NCBI GenBank assembly: GCA_964387375.1 | Contig: CAYLWB010000002.1 | Location: 27,173-91,172, forward strand | Source: an uncultured Candidatus Peribacteria bacterium | GTDB taxonomy: Bacteria; Patescibacteriota; Gracilibacteria; UBA1369; 2-02-FULL-48-14 | Length of the DNA: 64,000 bases | Direction of reading: 5' to 3' | Part shown: piece after piece, positions 1-9,663 of the stretch | Layout of the letters: the number at the start of each line of letters is the position of its first letter | Numbering within the stretch: position 1 is the stretch's first letter | Notes under the pieces: generated by a model | Seen by the model: only the letters and a program-made list of their open reading frames with translations | Databases searched by the model: none | Told to the model about the DNA's origin: nothing | Program-made: the position numbers and the translations under genes

Positions 1-78
1 AAGCAAATAAGAACTTGCCGCCAGCCCAATTGGACTGAGTACGGTCATTGCAGTGTAGAGGCGGCGTATGGAACTCAT
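1..78 (-). CDS. partial CDS (N-terminus only, continues past window start); unknown, hydrophobic N-terminus
   Basis: Minus-strand ATG at 78..76 opens frame MSSIRRLYTAMTVLSPIGLAASSYLL... that runs off the window edge. Confidence 0.25.
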   Translation of the reverse strand, partial: MSSIRRLYTAMTVLSPIGLAASSYLL

Positions 79-160
79 GGCTTCAGCATAATCAAGAAGA
101 ACCTCTTTTTCAAGTTGCCCTTTTTCTACGAAAGATCTAAAATGCGCTGGCCCATTTTAT

Positions 161-238
161 GGTGGATGTAGCTCAGTTGGTTAGAGCATCGGGTTGTGGT
201 CCCGAGGGTCGTGGGTTCGAATCCCATCATCCACCCCA
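161..238 (+). tRNA. tRNA-His (anticodon GTG) with encoded G-1 and 3' CCA
   Basis: Hand-folded cloverleaf. Acceptor GTGGATG/CATCCAC; D arm GCTC-AGTTGGTTA-GAGC; anticodon stem TCGGG/CCCGA with loop TTGTGGT; T arm GTGGG-TTCGAAT-CCCAT. An extra 5' G at 161 lies opposite discriminator C, and CCA is at 236-238. Confidence 0.9.
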
Positions 239-244
239 TTTGCA

Positions 245-1033
245 TCATTGCCCGAGTAAGACAGAAGTGTCCTCCCCAAGCATAGTGGTGGGAAGTTTTC
301 CGTCCCATTTTTCCACCCACTTCAGCTTAACGTACTCAGCCCCACCTTGTGCAGAAATGGATTCTGCTTGAATACGAATCGCCTCTGCTTCCGCTTGAGC
401 TTCTGCAACTCTTTGTTCAGCTTCATACTTTACCTGATCCAGTTTGTTTTTTGCCGTAAGCGCATCTTGTTCTGCAGTAACTTTAGCCTCAATAGCTTCG
501 TTGAACTGATCTGAAAAGTTGAAATTAACAATATTCACATTCTCAAGAATGAAGTAACCTTGATCCAGTTGAGTTAAAAGGTTTTCCTCAATTTTTGTGG
601 AAACCTCATTGCGCTTGGTGATCAATTCTTCTGCAGTAAAAAGTGCTGTGGCTGCTTTGACGGATTCCTGAATAGCTGGATCGATCAACTTCATTTCATA
701 GTCTTTCCCAACCGTGCTGTAAAGAGACACAAGCGCATTGGTATCCAGACTGTAGTTCACCGCAATAGATGTGGTTACAACCTGCAAATCCTTCGAGGCA
801 GCAACCGATTCAGCTTCCGCTTTTTGAGTTCGTACATCCATGTGGATGATTTCACTAAAAGGAGACACCAAATGGAATCCTGGCTCCAGAGGCACATCTT
901 GAATTTTTCCAAAAGTCGTCACAAGTCCACGGTATCCAGGAGAAACGATGGTGAAAGGTAGAAAGAAAACAAAGAAAAGCAATAATAGGGCCAGAACAAT
1001 GCTACCAATGGAATAAAGCTTAATCCTGTTCAT
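245..1033 (-). CDS. SPFH/band-7 (prohibitin/HflC-like) membrane protein
   Basis: N-terminal TM anchor (IGSIVLALLLLFFVFFL), then an SPFH-like core and an Ala/Glu-rich coiled-coil tail (AEQRVAEAQAEAEAIRIQAE). ATG at 1033 preferred over the upstream GTG at 1093. Confidence 0.8.
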   Translation of the reverse strand: MNRIKLYSIGSIVLALLLLFFVFFLPFTIVSPGYRGLVTTFGKIQDVPLEPGFHLVSPFSEIIHMDVRTQKAEAESVAASKDLQVVTTSIAVNYSLDTNALVSLYSTVGKDYEMKLIDPAIQESVKAATALFTAEELITKRNEVSTKIEENLLTQLDQGYFILENVNIVNFNFSDQFNEAIEAKVTAEQDALTAKNKLDQVKYEAEQRVAEAQAEAEAIRIQAESISAQGGAEYVKLKWVEKWDGKLPTTMLGEDTSVLLGQ

Positions 1034-1102
1034 AAAAGATTTTTTTAAAAGAACCTCGGCAGCGAGACTACCATAAAAATCCAGCCTGTACACCTAACAC
1101 TT

Positions 1103-1759
1103 CTAAAACCTCTTTCCGTACGTGGTCCAGTTTAGTGCGGCATCGGGGCCTCCAGCCTCAAATTGAGCTTTGAGGCCTTTGATGATTTCCAACGCCTCCG
1201 AACCTTTTTCTACAGAAACTACAAAATCCATGTCTTCTGGATTCATGAAGCCTGCCTGTAAAGGATAGTTTTTCACCCAATTGAGCAGCTGTTCCCACAT
1301 GTCTCCCACCACAATGACTGGGATGTTTTTGATGTGATTTACCTGCAGAAGTTGCCACGTATAAAACAATTCAAGACAAGTCCCAATACCTCCTGGCATC
1401 ACGACCACTACATTGGAAAGGAGCATGAATTCATCCAAACGTGTAGAGAAACGATCATGGTTTTCAACCACATCTAGGCTGTCATTTGGTTTTTGCTCAA
1501 AAGGCAATCGAATGTTCAAACCTATAGAATCCACTTTCGACTCTTTATCCCCAGCACGATGTCCAACACTTGCGGCTTCCATCAAACCTGGCCCACCCCC
1601 CGTAACAAGATCCACACCCATTTCAGCTAAGGCATAGGCTAGATCGTGTGTTTCTTGATACATGGGATCGCCTTCTTTGATTCGAGCAGAGCCAAAAATA
1701 GATACGCGAAAATCATTTCGGAGCAGTTCTTCCTTAAGATCAAATGGGACGGGAGACAT
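1103..1759 (-). CDS. LOG-family / TIGR00730-type Rossmann-fold protein (cytokinin riboside 5'-monophosphate phosphoribohydrolase-like)
   Basis: Motifs VTGGGPGLMEA and PGGIGTCLELF are characteristic of the LOG/lysine-decarboxylase-like family. Confidence 0.8.
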   Translation of the reverse strand: MSPVPFDLKEELLRNDFRVSIFGSARIKEGDPMYQETHDLAYALAEMGVDLVTGGGPGLMEAASVGHRAGDKESKVDSIGLNIRLPFEQKPNDSLDVVENHDRFSTRLDEFMLLSNVVVVMPGGIGTCLELFYTWQLLQVNHIKNIPVIVVGDMWEQLLNWVKNYPLQAGFMNPEDMDFVVSVEKGSEALEIIKGLKAQFEAGGPDAALNWTTYGKRF

Positions 1760-1823
1760 GGATGATTTGGTTAAAAACCCTTCTACATATTATAGCAAAT
1801 CTAGAACTGAAATGCTATCTTAA

Positions 1824-3074
1824 GTGCAGCATAGCTCCACCACACTCATGAAACTCGACCTCGGACACCTCTTTTTATTAGAAAAGGGGATCTCCTTAAA
1901 CCAACTAGAAGAAGCAGCTCAACAAATTCCAGAGTTTTTGGCGCGCTTTCAAAAGCGAGATCAAGGCTTCCCACAACTCCCAAAAGTAAGTGGGAATGTT
2001 TTGGCAGTTAAAAAATTAGTAGAAAGTTTGAAAGGGCGTTTTCGTGACATCGTGGTTTTGGGGATTGGTGGAAGTGCTCTAGGCATTTCTTGTTTACGAG
2101 ATGCTCTCAAAGGCCCCTATTGGAACATGCATGGCTCCCCTCGCCTCTTTGTTTTAGACAACCTGGATCTTGTGGAAGAAGTTGAGAAAGTCATTGACTT
2201 AGATCAAACCCTCTTTTTGGTGATCACCAAGTCGGGGCAAACGCCAGAAACCATGTCGCAGTATTTCTACTTCCGCAAGAAAGCTGTAAAAGACCAGTTT
2301 GTTTTTGTGACAGATCCAGACGACGGCGAACTACGAAAAATCGCTAAAGAAGAAGGCATACCGACTCTTGATATCCCTAAAAATGTAGGCGGACGTTTTT
2401 CTGTTTTAAGCACTGTAGGTTTGCTCCCTGCTGCCCTTTTAGGGTTGGACATTGAATTGCTCCTGGAGGGTGCAGAAGAAATGAGTAAACGCTTCTACTC
2501 AGAAGACTTGCACGCCAATTTTCCCTTTCAACTTGCCACAGTCCAGTATCTTTTAGAATGGGAGCATGGAGTGCACATGACCGTTCTAATGCCCTATGCA
2601 ACGCGTCTCCTGAGCCTTGCCGATTGGTATGGTCAACTGCTTGGAGAAAGCATCGGCAAAGAAGGCAAAGGCCTCACACCGCTGCGTGCCCTTGGAGCTA
2701 CAGACCAACATTCACAACTTCAACTCTACAACGAGGGCCCCACAGACAAGCTGATTATTTTGATCGACGTTGAAAAAGAAGGTGGGCCTATGATCCCAAA
2801 AGTAGAGCGCCCTTCTTTGAACTATCTGTCTGAAATTTCTTTCCACAAGCTCCTGCGTACTGAATGCCAAGGTACAGCAGAAGCCCTTACGGAATACAAA
2901 AAACCAAACATTCAAATCACCATCCCCGAAATCAACGAATACCACTTGGGACAACTTTTTATGCTCTTTGAAGCCAGTATTGCCTTTTTGGGCGAGTACT
3001 ATAGGATAAACGCATTCAACCAGCCTGGTGTGGAACTGGGTAAAAACATTACTAAAAAGCTCCTCTCGCAATGA
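1824..3074 (+). CDS. pgi: glucose-6-phosphate isomerase (short bacterial/archaeal type)
   Basis: SIS/PGI motifs GIGGSALG, TKSGQTPET, GGRFSVLS. The stop overlaps the tkt start (ATGA). An alternative ATG lies at 1848. Confidence 0.85.
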   Translation: MQHSSTTLMKLDLGHLFLLEKGISLNQLEEAAQQIPEFLARFQKRDQGFPQLPKVSGNVLAVKKLVESLKGRFRDIVVLGIGGSALGISCLRDALKGPYWNMHGSPRLFVLDNLDLVEEVEKVIDLDQTLFLVITKSGQTPETMSQYFYFRKKAVKDQFVFVTDPDDGELRKIAKEEGIPTLDIPKNVGGRFSVLSTVGLLPAALLGLDIELLLEGAEEMSKRFYSEDLHANFPFQLATVQYLLEWEHGVHMTVLMPYATRLLSLADWYGQLLGESIGKEGKGLTPLRALGATDQHSQLQLYNEGPTDKLIILIDVEKEGGPMIPKVERPSLNYLSEISFHKLLRTECQGTAEALTEYKKPNIQITIPEINEYHLGQLFMLFEASIAFLGEYYRINAFNQPGVELGKNITKKLLSQ

Positions 3075-4960
3075 AGCTTCCAGAACTTGGACAACCCCTA
3101 AACGATGAGCAGTTGGCTTTTTTACGAGCCTTCGCTAAGTCTTGTCGCCGATCCATCATCACTATGGTGACGAATGCTCAATCTGGACACCCTGGAGGAT
3201 CTCTTTCCAGCGTCGATTACTTGGCACTGATCTACGCAATGCGTGTTTGTCAAAGCAACGAACGCGTGGTGGTTTCCAACGGGCACATTTCCCCCGCCGT
3301 GTATGCGGTTTTGGCAGAACTGGGCGTTATCCCAAAAAATCGGGTGCTACAAAGTTTTCGCAAGCCTGACGATCTCTATGAAGGTCACGTGAATCGGAAA
3401 ATTCAGGGAGTGCACTATGGGACTGGCCCATTAGGGATTGGTGGAAGCGTGGCGAACGGTTTAGCTCTGGGCGATGTGATTCACAAGGAAGACCGCTTGA
3501 CCTTTTTACTTATGGGAGACGGCGAACAGCAAGAAGGACAAGCTTACGAAATGATGAACTTTGCTGCGAAATATGCTCTCAAGCGTTTGGTACTTTTTAT
3601 CGACTACAACGAGGTACAGCTTACCGACTCACTGGCTTGCATCATGCCCACCAATATTGCTGGCCACTATGCGGCTTCTGGTTGGCAGGTTCTTGAGGTG
3701 GATGGCCATGACTTTCAAGCCATGTGGAGAGCTCTTGGAAGTGCAGCAAAAAGTGAGACGCCAACCCTTATTCTAGGAAAAACATTCATGGGCAAAGGGG
3801 TGTCTTTTATGGAAGAAACAGGTCTAAGACATGAGGCGACTTGGCATGGGAAAGCTCCTAAAAAAGAAGATGCAGAGGCCGCATTGACCCGCTTGGAACT
3901 GGATGCAGACGAGTCTAGGATTTTGGAAGAAGGGCTGTCTCAACTCCCAAAGAACATTCGTACTCCACACACTGCCGAAGAAGATCTCAAGACCCCAGTG
4001 CTGCCAGGAGAACCTTTTATAAACACACCAGAAGTACAAACGGACTGTCGTGGGGCCTACGGAAAAGCACTCGCAGATTTAGCCAAAAACAACCCTCACA
4101 TTGTGGCACTCACAGCGGATGTCGCCGGCAGTGTGCGTACAGACCTGCTCCAAAAAGAGTTCCCAGATCGTCATTTTGAATGCGGGATTTCCGAACAACA
4201 CATGGTCAGTGCGAGTGGAGGACTTTCTTTGCAAGGTTTCGTTCCTTTCTGCAGTGTATTTGGAGCTTTTATGACCAGCCGAGCTAAAGATCAGGCTCGA
4301 GTGAATGACATCAATGAAACCAATGTGAAAATGGTGGCTACACATTGTGGACTTTCTGTAGGAGAAGATGGTCCCACCCATCAAGCTATTGATGACATCA
4401 GCTCTTTTGCTGGCTTTTTTCATACTAAAATTTACGAACCTGCTGACCCAAACCAATGTGACCATCTCATTCGTTTTGCAGCTTCGCACTATGGGAATGT
4501 TTATGTTCGCATGGGGCGCTCCAAGGCCTCTATTCTCACAAAGACAGACGGCACTCCCTTTTTCGACAAAGACTATCGCTTCAATGAAAAAATAGATGTG
4601 CTGCGTGAGGGTTCCAAACTCACTTTGGTAGCAGCAGGCCCAATGGTGACTGTAGCTCTAAAAGCTGCAGAATTCTTGGGTGGAGATATCGAGGTTTTGG
4701 CAGTGAGTAGTTTTATACCTTTCGATGCAGAGACTCTTTTAAAGAGTGTTAAAAAAACCGGTCGCCTGGTGAGTATCCACGACCATCATGTAGACACTGG
4801 CCTTGCACATTTTATAAACAAGGCCCTTCTTGGAACGGAGGTGAAAATGAAACATCTTGGAGTGAGCCACTACTCCCTTTCGGGCACTGTGGAGCAACTC
4901 TACGAAAAAATGGGCCTCACAGCGGAAGCACTTGCAGAAGCTGCTAAGAGCCTTCTATAA
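3071..4960 (+). CDS. tkt: transketolase
   Basis: GHPGGSLS, GDGEQQEGQ (ThDP/metal-binding GDG motif), EQHMVS; full three-domain length of 629 aa. Confidence 0.9.
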   Translation: MKLPELGQPLNDEQLAFLRAFAKSCRRSIITMVTNAQSGHPGGSLSSVDYLALIYAMRVCQSNERVVVSNGHISPAVYAVLAELGVIPKNRVLQSFRKPDDLYEGHVNRKIQGVHYGTGPLGIGGSVANGLALGDVIHKEDRLTFLLMGDGEQQEGQAYEMMNFAAKYALKRLVLFIDYNEVQLTDSLACIMPTNIAGHYAASGWQVLEVDGHDFQAMWRALGSAAKSETPTLILGKTFMGKGVSFMEETGLRHEATWHGKAPKKEDAEAALTRLELDADESRILEEGLSQLPKNIRTPHTAEEDLKTPVLPGEPFINTPEVQTDCRGAYGKALADLAKNNPHIVALTADVAGSVRTDLLQKEFPDRHFECGISEQHMVSASGGLSLQGFVPFCSVFGAFMTSRAKDQARVNDINETNVKMVATHCGLSVGEDGPTHQAIDDISSFAGFFHTKIYEPADPNQCDHLIRFAASHYGNVYVRMGRSKASILTKTDGTPFFDKDYRFNEKIDVLREGSKLTLVAAGPMVTVALKAAEFLGGDIEVLAVSSFIPFDAETLLKSVKKTGRLVSIHDHHVDTGLAHFINKALLGTEVKMKHLGVSHYSLSGTVEQLYEKMGLTAEALAEAAKSLL

Positions 4961-5365
4961 AGATTGGTCGTACCATCGGTTTTTGTTCCAGTCGACAAGA
5001 CGCCAACTGAGAAAACTCACCCAAAGCAGTGCAAAAATCCTCATGGGTATTCCCATAAACTCTGGAATTCCAAGGGCTTGGTGAATCTCTGGAATTGCAA
5101 GAAGGGCAGGTGTGACCCCAACCGCTGGCACCAAAACCCAAGAAAATACATAGGTTTTAAAAATTTCACTCCAGTCCAAAGGCGTCTTCCTCAAAACGTG
5201 GTAGTCAAAGCTGTTTCCTGAGTGCCGAACAGGCTGGATTTCCCCTCTCCACAGAGGAAAAATGGGCAGATATAGAACAGTGAACCACATTGTGGCGAAG
5301 CGAGTTCTAGGTTGCTCCGAAGGATTCACTCCCAAAAGGTAAATGCCTGTACCGTTGAGGCGCAT
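4955..5365 (-). CDS. hypothetical membrane protein
   Basis: 136-aa ORF with several hydrophobic segments; convergent with tkt. Confidence 0.45.
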   Translation of the reverse strand: MRLNGTGIYLLGVNPSEQPRTRFATMWFTVLYLPIFPLWRGEIQPVRHSGNSFDYHVLRKTPLDWSEIFKTYVFSWVLVPAVGVTPALLAIPEIHQALGIPEFMGIPMRIFALLWVSFLSWRLVDWNKNRWYDQSL

Positions 5366-5367
5366 TT

Positions 5368-5763
5368 TTAGAGATTGTTCCAGAAGTCATTTTCCAAGAA
5401 CCACTTCTTGTCTTCCAAAACAAAGTAGGCCAAGTCTCCTTCCTCCATTTGGTAAAGTTTAACTCGGCTGCGATCTCCATTGAATTCACTGCGTTCCCAA
5501 TCGATGCTTGGAATGCCCTCCTCTAAAGCGCGTCCTGCTTCTTTACAATCTGACTCAGTGATTCCTGAGTCACTGAGGGTATGACTTAGAAAAGCTTCAC
5601 AATCTTGAGTTTGTGCAGCATAAGTGATCTGATCCCATGCCAAAGAAAGATCTTTGATCTCTGGGTTTGCATTCATCACTTCTTTAGAAACTCCCAGCTC
5701 CTCTACAGAGTTACAAGCAGTCAAAAGAAAAAGGGTCCCCACAACAGCAAAAAGTCTTTTCAT
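5368..5763 (-). CDS. hypothetical lipoprotein
   Basis: Signal peptide with lipobox (LFLLTAC). Confidence 0.55.
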   Translation of the reverse strand: MKRLFAVVGTLFLLTACNSVEELGVSKEVMNANPEIKDLSLAWDQITYAAQTQDCEAFLSHTLSDSGITESDCKEAGRALEEGIPSIDWERSEFNGDRSRVKLYQMEEGDLAYFVLEDKKWFLENDFWNNL

Positions 5764-5802
5764 AGAGCATAAATTAAAGTGGCCTCACACTAACACTCCT
5801 GC

Positions 5803-6993
5803 TCAAAATTGGCCAGGATTTTGAAGCGGAGCAAGTTGGTGTGGAGCTTCTTGCAGTGCTTCAAAGAGAGAACGAGAAAGATGTTCTCGGCGCGCTGTTT
5901 CAAAATGAAATAGGGCACTAGAAAGCACATGTACAGGAACACCTCCTAAAGTTGCCATGGAGACAGCCGCACCCCAAGATTTTTCCGCATCGTTTAGATG
6001 AGCTTCCATTTCAGCTTCTTGGAATTTTCCAATACGAAGAAACTCAGCAAAGTTAAAGTCGAAAGCGTAAGACTGATTGGCTTCTTTCAGCAGAGCCATT
6101 CCCTGTTGAAAACTCGAAGCACGAGTGGCAAATAATGCCTTTTTTAGATGGTCTTTCATCTCGGAGAGCAGCATTTTTGGAACAAAAACATTCGCAGCAT
6201 TGAGCTCAGGAGTTTGTGCTTGATTCTCTCCTCTTTTTTTATGCTGTTGAGCGAAAAGTGCTGCAGTTAGAGTCGGAGTGGGTACACCCAAACGGATGGC
6301 TTCTTCTATAATCCAGGCAGCATTGTTTTTTTCAGGTTCCGATGGAAAAGGCAGTTTCCACTCCGCAAGAATCTCGATCACTTCCTCTTCACGAAGACGG
6401 TAGAGGGTTTTCAAAATATCGTAAGCTTCTACAAACGCTTGTCGTTCAACAGCCTCAAACGCTCCATAAAGCATGGTCACATAATGAGCAGAAGCGCCCT
6501 TCCCCACATACCCCACGCTTGCACGTCCGTTCAAATCTTCTCCTGCAATAGGAAGAAGCAGGGGTTCAAAGAGACGCCAAGCCTCTTCGGGGCCACTGAG
6601 CCAAAGCTTAGAAGGCAAACTCGAAGAAAGCAGAAAAATCCCCCGTTCAGAAAGTTCACCTTGCAGCTCTTCAGTACGAGAAAAAAGTTTAGAGCCCATG
6701 TCTAAAACGCAATCCCCTGGCTCCAACACATTTCTCATCTGGCGCAGAGCTTCTTCATTGCCTGAGACTGAAGTCACAGTGACAAGAACTTTACGTGGAG
6801 TTTCTAAACTCTCTACAAAATCTTCAAAGCTATGCGGAGCAAAAAAAGCCTCTTCGCCATAGCTCCCTATAAAATCATTTAATTTTTTACGATTTTGATC
6901 CCATACGGTCAACTTAAAGCCCTTTTTTGCAAGGCTTTTTGCGAGAGTGGCACCTAGAGTTCCTAGGCCCAAAACGGCGAGGTCCGAAGACAT
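5803..6993 (-). CDS. 6-phosphogluconate dehydrogenase-like NAD(P)-binding protein (divergent)
   Basis: N-terminal Rossmann motif VLGLGTLGATLAKSLAKKGFKLTVWD. A central segment GKGASAHYVTMLYGAFEAV sits where 6PGDH has GxGHxVKMVHNGIEY. The gene neighbours pgi and tkt. Confidence 0.6.
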   Translation of the reverse strand: MSSDLAVLGLGTLGATLAKSLAKKGFKLTVWDQNRKKLNDFIGSYGEEAFFAPHSFEDFVESLETPRKVLVTVTSVSGNEEALRQMRNVLEPGDCVLDMGSKLFSRTEELQGELSERGIFLLSSSLPSKLWLSGPEEAWRLFEPLLLPIAGEDLNGRASVGYVGKGASAHYVTMLYGAFEAVERQAFVEAYDILKTLYRLREEEVIEILAEWKLPFPSEPEKNNAAWIIEEAIRLGVPTPTLTAALFAQQHKKRGENQAQTPELNAANVFVPKMLLSEMKDHLKKALFATRASSFQQGMALLKEANQSYAFDFNFAEFLRIGKFQEAEMEAHLNDAEKSWGAAVSMATLGGVPVHVLSSALFHFETARREHLSRSLFEALQEAPHQLAPLQNPGQF

Positions 6994-7010
6994 AAAAGTG
7001 GCGTGAGGGA

Positions 7011-7697
7011 CTAGAGACTAGAAGGAACACCTTCTTCAAGAGGAGTTTCAATGATTTCCTCGTCTGTTTTTTGAAGAGCGACTTCTCTCAATTTAATCAA
7101 AACAGCCTGAAGACTCAAGAGGCCAAAGGATCGAACCTGCTCTTCACTGGTTTGCATACCGTGGCGTTCAAAATAAAGCTCTAAAGAATAATCAAAAAGA
7201 TCCAATACAATGGATTTGAGCTTCTGTTCGTGAGTGAGTACCGTCGCCAAGGTTTTCCCAGGCAACATGAGGCCACTGTGTAAAAGAAGTTTCATCCAAC
7301 TGTGCAACTCCTCCTGCAGTTCTTGAGGAAGGCTCAACTGCATGGGCAAATCTATATCAAGGGCATGAGCCACTGGCGTTTCGGCAAGTGCTTTTTTTAG
7401 CTCTTCTTCAAGCTCAGCATCGGAAATGGAAAGGATTGCAAGAATGAATGCCCCAGGCACATTTTCTTGAAGCAGCTTCACCACCAAAAAAATAACGTCC
7501 CCTTTGTTGTCATCTTGAAGCAGTTTTACTAAGAGGCGGGCGAGCTGGTCTTCCTTTTTCTTTTGTATTTGTTGATGCACACCCATGGCTGCAATCGCCT
7601 TGGCACTTTTGCGCATCTGTTCACGAAACTTCTCTGAAGCCTCAGCGTTTCCTTGGGATTCGCCTTCTTCCAGACCGAAGAATGATTCCAGAGACAT
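7011..7697 (-). CDS. hypothetical acidic protein
   Basis: 228-aa ORF with protein-like composition and no recognised motif. Confidence 0.5.
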   Translation of the reverse strand: MSLESFFGLEEGESQGNAEASEKFREQMRKSAKAIAAMGVHQQIQKKKEDQLARLLVKLLQDDNKGDVIFLVVKLLQENVPGAFILAILSISDAELEEELKKALAETPVAHALDIDLPMQLSLPQELQEELHSWMKLLLHSGLMLPGKTLATVLTHEQKLKSIVLDLFDYSLELYFERHGMQTSEEQVRSFGLLSLQAVLIKLREVALQKTDEEIIETPLEEGVPSSL

Positions 7698-7759
7698 GTG
7701 AAGCTATAAAAGAAAAGCCATCCTAGGATAGCTTTTTAAAAGGTTGAAATCAATGAAGT

Positions 7760-8038
7760 TTACGCTGTAACAACGTGTACCAAAGTATCTCGTTGGAATT
7801 CACCATCAAACTTCTTGCGACGTTTCTCAGTGAACTTAACCACTCCAGACTTAGCTGCAAAGAGAGTGAAATCACGACCCATAGAGACATTTTGTCCTGG
7901 GTGCCATTTTGTACCCTTTTGTCGAACAATGATTTGTCCAACACTTACAACCTGGTCACCGAAACGCTTGATTCCAAGTCGCTTCGCATTCGAGTCTCGT
8001 CCGTTTTTGCTGGAACCTCCAGCCTTTTTATGTGCCAT
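7760..8038 (-). CDS. rpmA: 50S ribosomal protein L27
   Basis: [29 protein letters not shown]... is the canonical L27 N-terminus. Confidence 0.95.
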   Translation of the reverse strand: MAHKKAGGSSKNGRDSNAKRLGIKRFGDQVVSVGQIIVRQKGTKWHPGQNVSMGRDFTLFAAKSGVVKFTEKRRKKFDGEFQRDTLVHVVTA

Positions 8039-8123
8039 AGTGCTTTTTAAAAACCTAAAGCAGAGGGATTTTAGGGGGAAAAGATGGATTTTGCAAGGGA
8101 ATTTTTGTGCTATTCTCTAGTGG

Positions 8124-9173
8124 ATGACTTGGCCACAAAAACTCATAGCTTGGTTCCGACTCGCGCAGCGCCCCCTTCCCTGGCGCAAAGGCTACGACCC
8201 TTACCAGGTTTGGATTTCGGAAGTGATGCTGCAGCAGACCCAGGTTAAGACCGTGCTTCCTTATTTTGAACGCTGGATGCAGGCTTTTCCCACGGTGGCG
8301 GATTTGGCCGCAGCGAGCGAAGATGAACTTTTGCACCTGTGGCAGGGCCTCGGCTACTACAGCCGCGCTTTGAATTTGCGAAAGGCCGCGCAGAAAATTG
8401 TGAGTGAGTTTGGAGGCAAAATTCCTTCTAAAAAAGAGGCGCTGCTCAGCTTGCCTGGAGTCGGCCCCTATACGGCAGCCGCCATTGCGAGCATTGCTTT
8501 TAAAGAAGATGAAGCCCTTGTAGATGGCAACGTGGTGCGAGTTTTGGCCCGTGTAGAGGGTTTTAAAAAAGATCCCAGCACTCATGCAGACTGGTTTTGG
8601 AAACGTGCTGCAGAGCGACTGCCCAAGGGAGAAGCCCGCGAGTTCAATCAGGGACTTATGGAGCTCGGGGCTCTTATTTGTACTCCAAAAAATCCTCGCT
8701 GCAGCGAATGCCCCCTTCAAAAGGACTGTTTTGCCCTACGTACAGAAAAAGTCACCGAACTGCCGGTGCCCAAAGTGCGTGCAAAGAGCACCCCAATCCA
8801 GGTGGCCATCGCGGTGATGGAACGGAATGGAAAGGTCTTCATTCAAAAACGCCCACCCACTGGCTTGATGGCGGGGCTTTGGGAATTTCCAGGTGGGAAA
8901 GTAGAAAACGGAGAGGAAATTGAGATCGCTTTGCGCCGCGAGCTACGCGAAGAATTGGGCGTGGAGGTTGAAAACCTGCGACCCTTCATGGTGGTGAAGC
9001 ACGCCTATACCCGTTTCAAAGTGGAGCTACATTGTTTTTTGGCGGATTGGGCTTCGGGCGAACCAGAATTGAAAGCGGCCGTCGACGGGAAATGGCTACA
9101 GAAAGATACACTGCGCAATTACGCCTTTCCAGCCGCAAATAAAAAGATCGTGGAGGGCTTGACGAAAAACTAA
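8124..9173 (+). CDS. mutY: A/G-specific adenine DNA glycosylase
   Basis: LPWR...YQVWISEVMLQQTQV HhH-GPD motif; 4-Cys Fe-S loop (CTPKNPRCSECPLQKDC); C-terminal NUDIX-like domain (WEFPGGKVE). Confidence 0.9.
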   Translation: MTWPQKLIAWFRLAQRPLPWRKGYDPYQVWISEVMLQQTQVKTVLPYFERWMQAFPTVADLAAASEDELLHLWQGLGYYSRALNLRKAAQKIVSEFGGKIPSKKEALLSLPGVGPYTAAAIASIAFKEDEALVDGNVVRVLARVEGFKKDPSTHADWFWKRAAERLPKGEAREFNQGLMELGALICTPKNPRCSECPLQKDCFALRTEKVTELPVPKVRAKSTPIQVAIAVMERNGKVFIQKRPPTGLMAGLWEFPGGKVENGEEIEIALRRELREELGVEVENLRPFMVVKHAYTRFKVELHCFLADWASGEPELKAAVDGKWLQKDTLRNYAFPAANKKIVEGLTKN

Positions 9174-9193
9174 AAAGCGTTTTTACTATTGGC

Positions 9194-9613
9194 ATGAGCA
9201 CAAATTCTCCAAAAGAAAATCAAGTTCCTATCCTGGAAATTTTAAATAGAATGGCTGCAAACCCAGATTTGCAGAGAGAGCCAGAGGATGTGCGTGGTCC
9301 AATTCGTGCTATAATAGACGAAGCCAGACGTGCATTAGAGGGGGTTAACCTGGAAAAGAACAGAGAGCGAACACCTCATGCTGTTTGGGCGCACGTAGAT
9401 GGTGATACCCGAAGAGGTGTTCACTATGAAATTGGACCCAGAGGACCCTATTTCCGCATTGAACACAAAACATACCCTACAAAAACTACCGGAAGCATTT
9501 TTGTGCAAGCAGAGTTTAACCTTTCTGGAACAGATATGTGGACAGCGGGCAAAGTGACAAGCAGTCCTCTCCAGGGATCAGCTACAATGCAGCAGAGACT
9601 GGCCGCCAAATAA
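9194..9613 (+). CDS. hypothetical protein
   Basis: 139-aa ORF, no recognised motif. Confidence 0.45.
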   Translation: MSTNSPKENQVPILEILNRMAANPDLQREPEDVRGPIRAIIDEARRALEGVNLEKNRERTPHAVWAHVDGDTRRGVHYEIGPRGPYFRIEHKTYPTKTTGSIFVQAEFNLSGTDMWTAGKVTSSPLQGSATMQQRLAAK

Positions 9614-9663
9614 TTGAATTTTTCCCTGTTTTATGGTACAATTGAGGGATTTTTTCGTATTGA

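Noticed and set aside
126-371. ORFs 126..320 (-) and 159..371 (+) from the six-frame track
   Set aside because: Both lie over the tRNA-His gene and the 3' end of the SPFH gene. Their composition is low-complexity and they have no motif, so they are spurious.
8055-8720. 221-aa ORF antisense to mutY
   Set aside because: It is fully embedded opposite a strongly supported mutY frame, has an odd composition and no motif. It is an antisense shadow ORF.
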